This document shows positions 27,168 through 36,815 of a stretch of 64,000 nt of DNA, piece by piece. Position 1 is the first letter of the stretch. Each line of letters starts with the position of its first letter. Made by a program: the position numbers and the translations under genes. The notes beneath the pieces were generated by a model. That model saw only the letters and a list, made by a program, of their open reading frames with translations, was not told the DNA's origin and searched no databases. This DNA comes from an uncultured Ignavibacteriales bacterium (GTDB lineage: Bacteria > Zixibacteria > MSB-5A5 > GN15 > FEB-12). The stretch lies in assembly GCA_964464605.1 (NCBI GenBank), contig CAYXJN010000006.1, positions 62,001 to 126,000 of the forward strand, read 5' to 3'.

Positions 27168-27218
27168 CCAGTTCCCTTTTGAAGATGAAAATTATTTGGA
27201 GATAAAGGATTAAATCGT

Positions 27219-28583
27219 ATGGCACTCGATGTACTCGTCCCCCAGATGGGTGAGTCGGTTCTTGAAGGAACCATCTTAGAATGGAAAGTCAAAATCGGCG
27301 ATAAAGTGAGCCTCAACCAGCCGTTGGTTGAACTCATGACCGATAAAGTAAACGTCGAAATTCCCGCCGAAGGGGAAGGGGTTATTACCAGCATTCTGGC
27401 ACAGACCGGCCAGGTTGTTCCGGTAGGAACCAAGATCGCCACCATCGATGATGGTAAAGGTGGAGCCGTTGCTGCATCTGCACCGGCACCGGCTGCGAAA
27501 GCATCCGCACCGCAAGCAGCCGCAGCACCGGCACAAGCAGCTTCCATTCCAGCCGCACCTGCTGTTTCCGTTAAAGGAACTGCGCCGATCGGTAAAGGGA
27601 AGATGTCTCCCAAAGTTAAAATGCTCGTTCGTGAATACGCGCTCGATAGCGGATCAATTACCCCAACCGGTAAAGATGGTTTAGTCACGGTTGAAGATGT
27701 CATGCGCGCTGTTGAAGGCCGCTCATCTTCCGCCGGTTTCACTGCTGGCCCAATTCCGTCGCCTGTTACTCCTGTATTGCCGATGATGACCGGCTCAGGC
27801 GGTCATGGCGCTGCACCGGCTGCTTCGCGAGAACCGAAAGTCAGAGTTTCTATTCCGGTATTCCAGCCGCTTCCGCAAGCGCAGCGTGAAACACGCAAAC
27901 CGCTTGCCGGTGTGCGTAAGCTGGTTGCGGATCACATGGTCAAGTCGAAACATACTTCGCCGCACGTTTCTACGTTCGAAGATATCGACATGACGGATCT
28001 GGTAACGTACCGCAACAGCATCAAGGATGATTTCCGCGCGACCTACGGTGTGAATATCACCTATATGCCGTTTATTGCTAAAGCTGTTGCCTTGGGACTC
28101 AAAGAATTCCCGGCGATGAATGCTTCGCTTACCGATACGGAAATCATCTACAAGAATTTCTATAACATCGGTATTGCCGTAGCGCGTGAAGATGGTCTTA
28201 TCGTTCCGGTTATTAAAGATGCCGATAAGAAATCGATCGTCGAAATGGCGGTCGAAATCGCGATGCTCGGTGAAAAAGCGCGTACCAACAAGCTTGTGCC
28301 GGATGATATCAGCGGCGGGACGTTCTCGTTGACCAACGCCGGTATGTACGGCGCGATGGCCTCTACGCCGATTATTAACCAGCCGCAGGTAGCGATCTTA
28401 GGCGTTCATGCGATCATGAAAAAGCCGTGGGTAGTTAATAATCAGATACTGATTCGGGATATTTCGACCTTTGTGGTTTCCTTCGACCATCGCCTGATCG
28501 ACGGACACACAGCGGTTCAGTTCCTGCATCGCATAAACGAATATCTGTCAGACAGCAAACGGCTTCTGTTACAGCTTCGCTGA
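27219..28583 (+). CDS. Dihydrolipoamide acyltransferase (E2) of a 2-oxoacid dehydrogenase complex
   Basis: Lipoyl domain ELMTDKVNVEIP, Ala/Pro linker, E3-binding domain, catalytic SFDHRLIDG. Confidence 0.93.
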   Translation: MALDVLVPQMGESVLEGTILEWKVKIGDKVSLNQPLVELMTDKVNVEIPAEGEGVITSILAQTGQVVPVGTKIATIDDGKGGAVAASAPAPAAKASAPQAAAAPAQAASIPAAPAVSVKGTAPIGKGKMSPKVKMLVREYALDSGSITPTGKDGLVTVEDVMRAVEGRSSSAGFTAGPIPSPVTPVLPMMTGSGGHGAAPAASREPKVRVSIPVFQPLPQAQRETRKPLAGVRKLVADHMVKSKHTSPHVSTFEDIDMTDLVTYRNSIKDDFRATYGVNITYMPFIAKAVALGLKEFPAMNASLTDTEIIYKNFYNIGIAVAREDGLIVPVIKDADKKSIVEMAVEIAMLGEKARTNKLVPDDISGGTFSLTNAGMYGAMASTPIINQPQVAILGVHAIMKKPWVVNNQILIRDISTFVVSFDHRLIDGHTAVQFLHRINEYLSDSKRLLLQLR

Positions 28584-28585
28584 TA

Positions 28586-29287
28586 ATGTCACCGGCTAAG
28601 GAACCGCTATACGGCTGGCGTTTGGAGCTGGGGACAGTCGATTTTGAGAAGGTGTGGCGTTGGCAGCAGGGACTGGTGAAAATGCGCCGGGACGGCATGG
28701 CGCGGGATACGATTATTTTAGTCGAACACCCGCCTGTGTTTACTGTCGGCAAAGATGCTCACCGGGAAAACTACTCCAATCTTGAAAAGCCGCCGGTCGC
28801 TATTGAACGGGGTGGTGATGTTACCTATCACGGCCCGGGTCAGTTAGTCGCCTATTTCATTTTCAATCTGGCGCGGCGCGGCCGGAATATCCATCGGTTC
28901 ATGGAACAGATTCAGGATGGGGTCAGTATCGCGCTGATGAAATACAACGTCATCAGCCGGAAAGACAACGAACATACCGGTGTCTGGGTCGGGAACAAGA
29001 AATTAGCCTCTATCGGCATCGCGGTGAAACACTGGATCAGTTTTCACGGCGTCGCAATTAATCTGAACATAGATTCACGACAGTTCGAAAATATCAATCC
29101 GTGTGGACTTGAAGCCGGGGTGATGACCTCTTTACGGGAGTTAACCGGCAAGGAAGTCGACATGCGGGAGTTCAGCGCGCATTTGTGCGAGGCATACGGA
29201 CAATTGTTCGATACGCAGTTCGATGTCGTACAGCTCGATGATTTGGCCGAGATAATTCAATCGCAAAAAGCAGGCGGCCACGTCTAA
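28586..29287 (+). CDS. lipB: Lipoyl(octanoyl) transferase
   Basis: EHPPVFTVG, RGGDVTYHGPGQLVAY, KLASIG, FHGVAIN, INPCG. Confidence 0.94.
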   Translation: MSPAKEPLYGWRLELGTVDFEKVWRWQQGLVKMRRDGMARDTIILVEHPPVFTVGKDAHRENYSNLEKPPVAIERGGDVTYHGPGQLVAYFIFNLARRGRNIHRFMEQIQDGVSIALMKYNVISRKDNEHTGVWVGNKKLASIGIAVKHWISFHGVAINLNIDSRQFENINPCGLEAGVMTSLRELTGKEVDMREFSAHLCEAYGQLFDTQFDVVQLDDLAEIIQSQKAGGHV

Positions 29288-29319
29288 GATTTTTTTCGCT
29301 AACTAAGGAGAGTGGTTAT

Positions 29320-30066
29320 ATGGATTTCAAAGGGAAAACAGCATTTGTTACCGGTGGAACGCGCGGTATCGGTCTTTGTGTAGCTGAACGCTTGGCACAG
29401 GGTGGCGCGAATGTAGTCATCAATTATTTTCGCAGCCGTCAGTCGGCCAATGATGCGGTCGAGAAAATCAAGTCGTACGGCGTCGATTGCTACGCCCATC
29501 GTGCCAATATCGGCAACATGGAGCAGCTTCCCGGCATCTACGAAGGGATTAAAGAACGCTTTGGCAAACTCGATATCTTTATTTCCAATGCCGCCCTTGG
29601 TTCGTATACCTCAATGCTTGAAGTCGATGACAAAGCCTGGAATCTGGCGATGGATACCAATGCCAAATCGTTTCTGTTCTCGATGAAATACGCCGTACCG
29701 CTTATGCCTTCAGGTGGTCGTATTGTCGTTCTCTCGTCACTCGGTTCGATTCGCTATATCCCCGGTTACGCATCAATTGCCGTCTCCAAAGCAGCAATTG
29801 AAAATATCACCAAGTTTGCCGCGGTTGAACTCGCCCCCAAGGGCATCACAGTTAACTGTGTGTCCGGCGGGTTTATTGATACCGATTCACTGAAAGTATT
29901 TCCGAATCGCGCGGAGATGCTTGCGGATTCATCCGCTCGCACACCGTTCGGACGTCCGGGGACGCCGGAAGAAGTAGCCGATGTGGTGGTGTTTATGGCG
30001 AGTCAAAAATCGAGTTGGATAACCGGTCAGACAATTATCGTCGATGGTGGCTATTCGCTTACTTAG
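29320..30066 (+). CDS. fabL: SDR enoyl-ACP reductase, FabL-like
   Basis: TGGTRGIG, FISNAA.G, SSLGSIRYIPGYASIAVSKAA (YxxxxxxK), VSGGFIDTDSL. Confidence 0.75.
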   Translation: MDFKGKTAFVTGGTRGIGLCVAERLAQGGANVVINYFRSRQSANDAVEKIKSYGVDCYAHRANIGNMEQLPGIYEGIKERFGKLDIFISNAALGSYTSMLEVDDKAWNLAMDTNAKSFLFSMKYAVPLMPSGGRIVVLSSLGSIRYIPGYASIAVSKAAIENITKFAAVELAPKGITVNCVSGGFIDTDSLKVFPNRAEMLADSSARTPFGRPGTPEEVADVVVFMASQKSSWITGQTIIVDGGYSLT

Positions 30067-30081
30067 GCCACGTCGTGGCTT

Positions 30082-31248
30082 TTATTTAGTCCGTAACGCG
30101 TTAATGATTTTAAAACGGGCGGCGCGTACGGCCGGAAGGAAGCCGCCGACAACTCCCATGATGACGGCGAATAGCAGCGCGCCGATAGCAATGCCGGGGG
30201 TTAGGTGAAAGCCGAAGGCGAGTTCGGCGAAGGTATCGAAGTTCGACGTTGAAATCTCGACAAGCTGCAAAAGTGATGCTCCCAAAAGTCCCAGAGATCC
30301 CCCTAAAAGAGCGATAGTAAGCGACTCCACTAAAAATGAAAGCATGACGGCCGAGCGGGAAAATCCAAGAGCGCGCAAGGTACCAATTTCCCGTGTCCGG
30401 TTTGAAACTGATGCATACATGGTAATCATAGCGCCGATAATCGCGCCGACAGAGAAGAAGACCGATACCATAATACCCAGCACATTGATAAACAGGCTGA
30501 ATGACTCAGACTGCTTTTCGTAGTACTCCTTTTCTTTGAGCACGTCGATAGTTAAACGGGGGTCCGATTCCAGTCGCCGTTTGAGCGCGTCAAATTCGGC
30601 GTTGCTGGTGACTTGAAGCGTAAGGGATGAATAGACCGGTCGGTCGAACGCGTCCATCAGTTGTTCTACATTTCCCCAGATTTCCGATTCGAATCCGCCG
30701 CCGCCCATTTCGAATATGCCGACCACTGTCCAGTCACGCATACCGAAACGAACTGATTCACCGATACCGCATCCGACGAAATTTTTAGAAACCGATGTGC
30801 CGGTGATAATTTCTGATGTCCCCGGATTCGGCAGCCGCCCGGCAACAAGCCGGAAACTTGGACGGAGCGCCATTGATACTGAATCCATGCCGCGAACGGG
30901 GATATTGCTCGGTTCATTTGTCGAGCGTTTCAAAAGGCTAATGAGTACGAGAATCTCGCCGGTAAATTTCGGGCGGCCATCCGGCATGCGCGTTATCCCT
31001 GGGTCGGCTTTGACGATATCAGCCATCTCACAAGGAATAATCGAAACGATTTCCGTGGTGGCTGCTTTGCGCACGACTACCGCGTTGTCATCGGAGCCGG
31101 TATCGACAAGCGTTTTCACCAGACCGTCGGATAACATCAAAACGCCGGTGAAAACGAATACAACTAAGGCCACACCGAACACGGTAAGTGAAAACGTCAA
31201 TTTTCGTTTGAGACTGTTACGTATGGAATAGGTTAAGGGAAGTGCCAT
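30082..31248 (-). CDS. ABC transporter permease (MacB/FtsX family)
   Basis: N-terminal TM, periplasmic domain, RTREIGTLRALGF, three C-terminal TMs. Confidence 0.9.
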   Translation of the reverse strand: MALPLTYSIRNSLKRKLTFSLTVFGVALVVFVFTGVLMLSDGLVKTLVDTGSDDNAVVVRKAATTEIVSIIPCEMADIVKADPGITRMPDGRPKFTGEILVLISLLKRSTNEPSNIPVRGMDSVSMALRPSFRLVAGRLPNPGTSEIITGTSVSKNFVGCGIGESVRFGMRDWTVVGIFEMGGGGFESEIWGNVEQLMDAFDRPVYSSLTLQVTSNAEFDALKRRLESDPRLTIDVLKEKEYYEKQSESFSLFINVLGIMVSVFFSVGAIIGAMITMYASVSNRTREIGTLRALGFSRSAVMLSFLVESLTIALLGGSLGLLGASLLQLVEISTSNFDTFAELAFGFHLTPGIAIGALLFAVIMGVVGGFLPAVRAARFKIINALRTK

Positions 31249-31252
31249 AGTT

Positions 31253-32407
31253 TTACTCAACAACTCTCAGTCCATCCACGATTTTCGTTCGCAATGCTTT
31301 AGCAATCGGGAAGACTGCGGATAATAATCCGACAGCAACGGCAGATGATGCCGCAAGCGTTATGGTCAGCGGCGTTACCGGGATGGTCGGAAGGAAATTC
31401 GACATGACTATTTCCAGCATCGGTACGGCTAACATGGTCAATCCAAATCCCAGCAGGCCGCCGATCAATGCGATACACATGGACTCACCTATAATAAGTG
31501 AGACAATCTTGCCGCGTTGGAAGCCGAGCGTTTTCAGTACGGCATATTCATTGATTCGTTCACGGGCGGTCATTGCCATTGTGTTTCCCAGCACTAAAAG
31601 AATAATACCGATAACCAAATATGAAATGATACGCATGCCGGTAATAATCGTTGCCGACATAGCGATGAAGCTGAGGCCGAATGCTTCTTCTGTTTCCGTT
31701 TTCGTTTCGGCGAGCGAATTTTTGAATAGTTCATCGACTTTCGCTGAAATCTGTGCAGCCTGAGTCGGATCGGCGATCTGAATAATCAGCCAGCCAATTT
31801 GCCCAGCTCGACCGGGTGACTCCTCGCGCATCCGTTCGTCTAAATAATCGAACCGGAATACCATCGCTGATTCATCTGTATTCGATTTCGCTCCGGTGTA
31901 AATACCGGCGATAATGAAATCCCACCCGCCGGGGTAAATATCCCCTTCAATATGCACTGCGTCACCCGCTTTCCAGCCAAAGCGGTCGGCGAGTTTTCTG
32001 CCGATAAGCGCGGCGTTTCTGTCTCGTTTAAACGCAGTCATAGTTGTTGAGTCGATCAAAAATTCAGGGAACAACTGAAAATAAGAGTCCTTATCGACGG
32101 CGAATTTTGCGAAGAAATTCTTTTTGTCGATATAGACTCCGCCAAACCAGTTTCCATGCGATACCCCGGTTACTCCCGGTACTTTGGCCACTCGGTCGAC
32201 ATACGCAACTGGTAGCGGAAAGACCAGTGAAACCGCATTGCGGGCAACAAGGCGGTTAGGCGAGGCGGCCTGTGCACCGAGATACCAGGCATCAATTGCG
32301 CTGCGAATCATGCAAAACGCCGTGACCGCGATAGCCATACCCAAAATAGTCAGGCCGGTACGCAGCGGATGACGTTTCAAGTTTTTCAGCGCGAACGTAA
32401 AAATCAT
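31253..32407 (-). CDS. ABC transporter permease (MacB/FtsX family)
   Basis: RHPLRTGLT; RERINEYAVLKTLGF. Confidence 0.9.
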   Translation of the reverse strand: MIFTFALKNLKRHPLRTGLTILGMAIAVTAFCMIRSAIDAWYLGAQAASPNRLVARNAVSLVFPLPVAYVDRVAKVPGVTGVSHGNWFGGVYIDKKNFFAKFAVDKDSYFQLFPEFLIDSTTMTAFKRDRNAALIGRKLADRFGWKAGDAVHIEGDIYPGGWDFIIAGIYTGAKSNTDESAMVFRFDYLDERMREESPGRAGQIGWLIIQIADPTQAAQISAKVDELFKNSLAETKTETEEAFGLSFIAMSATIITGMRIISYLVIGIILLVLGNTMAMTARERINEYAVLKTLGFQRGKIVSLIIGESMCIALIGGLLGFGLTMLAVPMLEIVMSNFLPTIPVTPLTITLAASSAVAVGLLSAVFPIAKALRTKIVDGLRVVE

Positions 32408-33090
32408 GCCGAAACCTTCTCAAGTTCCCCTTTTTGCAAATGGCGGATAATGTGTGCTTTTTCAGCTGCGCGCGGGTCGTGCGTTACCATCACGATTGTT
32501 TTTTTGAATTCGGTATTTAATCGTGACAGTAATTCCATAATGTCTTCTGCTGATTTCTTATCCAAATCACCGGTCGGTTCATCGCCTAAGAGCAAATTTG
32601 GATCAGTCACAATAGCGCGGGCGATAGCCACACGCTGCTCCTGACCACCGGAAAGTTGGTTCGGGTAATGTTTCATTCTATCCTGCAAGCCGACAATCGT
32701 AAGCGCCGTCTCGACCTGACGCTTCCGTTCTGCTTTATTTAATTTTGTAAGCAGAAGGGGGAGTTCGACATTTTCAAATGCGGTCAAAACCGGTATCAGA
32801 TTATAAAATTGGAATATAAAACCGATATTGGCTGCCCGCCATTTCGCCAATGCACCTTCTGAAAGAGTGGCGATATCCGTGCCGCCGATACTCACTTTCC
32901 CCTGTGAAGGACGATCAATGCCGGCAAGCAGGTTGAGCAATGTTGTTTTTCCGGAGCCGGAAGGACCCATAAGAGCTAAAAATTCCCCTTCCGGAATATC
33001 GAAACTGATATTGCGAAGCACCGGTACTTCAAACTGGTCACGCCAGTACGATTTGGAAACCGCTTCTATTCTTACCATCGTTTGAGCCAT
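32404..33090 (-). CDS. ABC transporter ATP-binding protein (LolD/MacB-like)
   Basis: GPSGSGKT, LSGGQEQR, LLGDEPTG, VTHD. Confidence 0.95.
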   Translation of the reverse strand: MAQTMVRIEAVSKSYWRDQFEVPVLRNISFDIPEGEFLALMGPSGSGKTTLLNLLAGIDRPSQGKVSIGGTDIATLSEGALAKWRAANIGFIFQFYNLIPVLTAFENVELPLLLTKLNKAERKRQVETALTIVGLQDRMKHYPNQLSGGQEQRVAIARAIVTDPNLLLGDEPTGDLDKKSAEDIMELLSRLNTEFKKTIVMVTHDPRAAEKAHIIRHLQKGELEKVSA

Positions 33091-33105
33091 AACTAATCCG
33101 TATCG

Positions 33106-34305
33106 CTAAAGTGAAATTTCTACTTTTTGTCCGCTCTGCATTTTGCCGGGCGGTGATAATACGACCCGATCCCCCTGCGAAATGCCGGAGAGAATTTCCG
33201 TCGAGCTGCCGAACTCCCGTCCGGTCGTAACCGGTACGGCAGTGACCAGCTCACCGTCAATGCGAAAGACAATTTTCTGATTGTCGCGGGTGGTGATAGC
33301 ATCTTTGGGAACGGCAACGAACGGCGGCGCATTATTTTGCGAACTGACTGAGGAATCCATAAAGAAATTTACCCGTGCTGACATTTCGGGCAGCACTTTG
33401 TCATCGATTTCGGTGAAGGCAACTTTCGTTAGCACTGTTGCTCGAGAACGGTCAGCCGTCGGAACGATTTTTTTCACCGCGCCGGGATACCGAACACTCG
33501 GGTAGGCGTCTAAAATAATTTCGCATGGCTGTCCCAGCCGTACTTTGTTGATATTCGATTCAGAAACATCCGCTTCGACTTCAAGCGAAGTCATATCGGC
33601 TAAGGTTACCACCGAGCCTTTGGATGAGGCAGAAGAGGCAAACGGCGCGACAATTTCACCGACATCGGCATTCTTGGTCAGTACGGTGCCGTCAAACGGT
33701 GCGCGAATATAGGTGTTTTCTAAACTTACTTCAGCCGCTTTGACCACTGCATTTGCCGAGGCAACGGCAGCGACCGACATTTGGTAGCCGGTTTCAGCAT
33801 TTTCCAATTCTGTCTTGGTAATTGAGCCGGATTTCATCAGATCCTGTGCCCGTCGCCAGATACGTCCTGCGTTCAGCGAGTCCGCCTGCGAAACGCGCAG
33901 ATTTGCTTTGGCCTGTTCTAATTGCGCGCTCATATCGGCGTTATCGAGTGAGGCAATCACTTGTCCTTTTTTCACCTGATCACCCTCCTCAAAACCGAGG
34001 TATTCAAGGCGACCGGTACCTTTCGAGGCGACTTCCGCTTTGCGCTGTGCCACGACATAGCCGGTTGCAACCAATGCCGCACCGGCATCCGACCCGGTAA
34101 TCAGCGATGCAGTTGCGGTCTGAACTTTGGTGGCGGGGGCGAAATCATCTTTCAGCCAGAAATAGCCGAAAACGAGCACAACAAGAATGATGACCCACGC
34201 GATATATTTCCATGCTTTGCTTTTCGGGCGGTCATCGAATTTTTTTTCACGATTAATCCGCAGAGCGGAGAGATCGAGATTCGGCTTTTGTTCTTCTGTG
34301 CTCAT
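33106..34305 (-). CDS. Efflux periplasmic adaptor (MacA/HlyD-like membrane fusion protein)
   Basis: N-terminal TM, EGDQVKKGQVIA, coiled coil, IRAPFDGTV, VEADVSESNI. Confidence 0.9.
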   Translation of the reverse strand: MSTEEQKPNLDLSALRINREKKFDDRPKSKAWKYIAWVIILVVLVFGYFWLKDDFAPATKVQTATASLITGSDAGAALVATGYVVAQRKAEVASKGTGRLEYLGFEEGDQVKKGQVIASLDNADMSAQLEQAKANLRVSQADSLNAGRIWRRAQDLMKSGSITKTELENAETGYQMSVAAVASANAVVKAAEVSLENTYIRAPFDGTVLTKNADVGEIVAPFASSASSKGSVVTLADMTSLEVEADVSESNINKVRLGQPCEIILDAYPSVRYPGAVKKIVPTADRSRATVLTKVAFTEIDDKVLPEMSARVNFFMDSSVSSQNNAPPFVAVPKDAITTRDNQKIVFRIDGELVTAVPVTTGREFGSSTEILSGISQGDRVVLSPPGKMQSGQKVEISL

Positions 34306-34427
34306 ACCGGTTCGGTAAATTGCAGAATTTCCTCAAATAGCGCAAGCAGGCAATAGCGTTATGAAGATTTTGTGAGCTTAATAAATACGGATAAGTATAG
34401 TTAAGAAAAGAAAAGCAGCGATGCGGA

Positions 34428-34739
34428 CTACCAGATTCCGAGCATGTCCTTAGCTAAATCGGAAGCCATTTCTTTCGGGTCCCACACCGGTTCCCAAACA
34501 AGCGCGATTTCAACCGACGTGACCCCTTCCATACTTTCTACTTCCCGATGCACCATCGACAACAGCATGTCACCATACGGACAAGCCGGTGTGGTGAGGG
34601 TCATTTTGACTAATACTTTGCCATCCGGTTCAACAACCGCGTCATACACTAACCCGAGGTCAACGATACCGATTCGTATTTCCGGATCATGAATTGGACG
34701 AAGCGCATCGATAACTTCTTCTTTAGTAGGTAACGGCAT
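34428..34739 (-). CDS. sufT: Fe-S cluster assembly factor SufT (DUF59)
   Basis: DPEIRIGIVDLGLVY, MTLTTPACP, VWEPVW. Confidence 0.9.
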   Translation of the reverse strand: MPLPTKEEVIDALRPIHDPEIRIGIVDLGLVYDAVVEPDGKVLVKMTLTTPACPYGDMLLSMVHREVESMEGVTSVEIALVWEPVWDPKEMASDLAKDMLGIW

Positions 34740-34741
34740 AG

Positions 34742-35221
34742 TTAGTCCATATTCTCCGTGGAGGCAACGACGCTGCCATTTTTGTTTCCATTCTCATAAC
34801 TGCTTATTCCTGAGATAAGCGTGACCCAGGCTAACAGAGCGCATTTGACACGGACAGGAAACTGTTTCACACCCTGAAGCGCATCGAGGTCGCCGAAGTT
34901 TTTCGGTAATGTTACCGGTTCACCCTTTAGCATTTTTTTAACAATAGCGGCAAGCTCTTTGAGCTCTTCTATCGTTTTCCCTTTGGAGATTTCAGCAAGC
35001 ATTGACCCGGATGCCACCGAGATAGCACAGCCGCGGCAATCAACATGCAGGTCGACGACCTTTTTATCCTCTACTGCAACTTGCAGGCTGATTTCATCAC
35101 CGCAGGCCGGATTCATTCCTTCGGCCTGAATATCGAAACGGGCAAGCACTTTTTTGCCGCGCGGAAAACGGTAGTGATCAAGAATCACATCCCTGTACAT
35201 GTCATCTAATTGCGTATTCAT
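34742..35221 (-). CDS. sufU: SUF system sulfur-transfer protein SufU
   Basis: YRDVILDHY, NPACGD, GCAISVASGS, RVKCALL. Confidence 0.92.
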   Translation of the reverse strand: MNTQLDDMYRDVILDHYRFPRGKKVLARFDIQAEGMNPACGDEISLQVAVEDKKVVDLHVDCRGCAISVASGSMLAEISKGKTIEELKELAAIVKKMLKGEPVTLPKNFGDLDALQGVKQFPVRVKCALLAWVTLISGISSYENGNKNGSVVASTENMD

Positions 35222-36498
35222 ACACCAAAGTAAGTCCGCATTTCTTTTAAGGCGGCGATAAGGGCGTCGACATCCTGTTCATCATTGTAGATATAAAACG
35301 AAGCCCGTGCAGTTGCCACTTTACCGAGAATACGGACAAGCGGCTGTGCGCAGTGATGTCCGGCGCGAATGGCTATCCCTTTTGAATCCAAAAACTGGCC
35401 GATATCGTGCGGGTGAACATTCGGATCAGTAAATGATACCGCACCGCCGCGATGCTCGGCATCGAGTGGCCCCTGAATTTCCATTCCCGGCAAACCGGCA
35501 ATCTGTTCAAGCGCGTATTTGGTAAGCTGATATTCATGCTGGCGGATACGATCCATGCCGATCTCTTCGAGATAGGTAAGAGCGGCATCGAAAGCGACCA
35601 CGTCGCCGATATTCGGCGTGCCGGCTTCGAATTTATGCGGGAGCTCGTTCCAGGTTACTTTGTCGAAACGGACTTCCCGAATCATTTCGCCGCCGAATTG
35701 GGATGGGGGCATCGATTCGAGTATTGCTTTCTTCCCGTACAACACGCCGACACCGGTTGGACCAAGCATTTTGTGTGCGGAAAAGGTGTAGAAATCGGCA
35801 TCCAGTGTTTTCACGTTGACGGGCATATGCGGAATCGCCTGCGCGCCGTCGATGACGACAACCGCACCGACTTCATGGGCCCGTTTGATAATCGTCTCGA
35901 TTGGGTTAATCGTCCCGAGTACATTGGAGCAGTGGGTGAGCGCGACGAGTTTAGTCCGCGGCGTAATCAGATTATCTAAATCGCTTATATCAAGATGACC
36001 GCAGACCGTTATCGGAATTCGCTTTAATATCGCCTGTTTTTTTTGCGCGAGCATTATCCACGGAACAAGATTAGCGTGGTGTTCCATTTCGGTGATAAGA
36101 ATCTCATCTGCCGCGCTGATATTCGACTCGCCCCAGCTTTGCGCAACCAGATTGACGCTCGCCGTCGTACCACTGGTGAAAATGATTTCGTGCGGATCAA
36201 CGCCGCCGATAAAATTAGCGACATGAGTACGGGTTTGTTCGAACTGGCCAGTTGCCCGTTCGGCAAGGGTATGCAGTCCGCGATGGATATTCGCGTTATT
36301 CTTGCGATAATATTCGATAAGTGCGTTGATAACCGAGCGGGGTTTTTGCGTAGTAGCCGCGTTATCCAAATAAATTAAGCGGTGGTCGCCGATCTTCTGG
36401 TCGAGAATTGGGAAGTCCGCTTTAATCCGCTCGACATCCAGTGGGGGATGAGTCATCGTTGCGGAGGACGGTTTGGTGGTGTTTTGTTCCGTCGCCAT
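35218..36498 (-). CDS. sufS: Cysteine desulfurase SufS
   Basis: YLDNAATTQKP, EHHAN, SAHKMLGPTG, RAGHHCAQP. Confidence 0.95.
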   Translation of the reverse strand: MATEQNTTKPSSATMTHPPLDVERIKADFPILDQKIGDHRLIYLDNAATTQKPRSVINALIEYYRKNNANIHRGLHTLAERATGQFEQTRTHVANFIGGVDPHEIIFTSGTTASVNLVAQSWGESNISAADEILITEMEHHANLVPWIMLAQKKQAILKRIPITVCGHLDISDLDNLITPRTKLVALTHCSNVLGTINPIETIIKRAHEVGAVVVIDGAQAIPHMPVNVKTLDADFYTFSAHKMLGPTGVGVLYGKKAILESMPPSQFGGEMIREVRFDKVTWNELPHKFEAGTPNIGDVVAFDAALTYLEEIGMDRIRQHEYQLTKYALEQIAGLPGMEIQGPLDAEHRGGAVSFTDPNVHPHDIGQFLDSKGIAIRAGHHCAQPLVRILGKVATARASFYIYNDEQDVDALIAALKEMRTYFGV

Positions 36499-36503
36499 AC
36501 TAA

Positions 36504-36812
36504 TTATACCCGCACATAGATTTCATCGTTTTCAACTTTGACTTCATAGGCATCAAGCGGTACCACGGCAGGAGGGCCTTGGACTGAGCCGTCGCGAACG
36601 TCGAATTTCGCTCCGTGACGCGCGCACATGATGGTGTGGCCGAACAACCGTCCCGTATGAATCGGTGCGCCGTCATGTGTGCATTCATCAGCGATGGCAT
36701 AAAACCTATCGCCGCTGTTACAGACGACAATTGCCGTCCGGTTTATCGTAAACGCTTTGAATGCACCGGGGGCAATCTCACTGACTGCGGCGACCCGGAC
36801 AAACTCCGCCAT
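36504..36812 (-). CDS. Rieske-type ferredoxin
   Basis: CTH...CARHGAKFD (CxH...CxxH). Confidence 0.9.
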   Translation of the reverse strand: MAEFVRVAAVSEIAPGAFKAFTINRTAIVVCNSGDRFYAIADECTHDGAPIHTGRLFGHTIMCARHGAKFDVRDGSVQGPPAVVPLDAYEVKVENDEIYVRV

Positions 36813-36815
36813 TAG

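Noticed and set aside
27122..27742. 206-aa Ala-rich minus-strand ORF
   Set aside because: Mirror of the Ala/Pro linker of the E2 gene.
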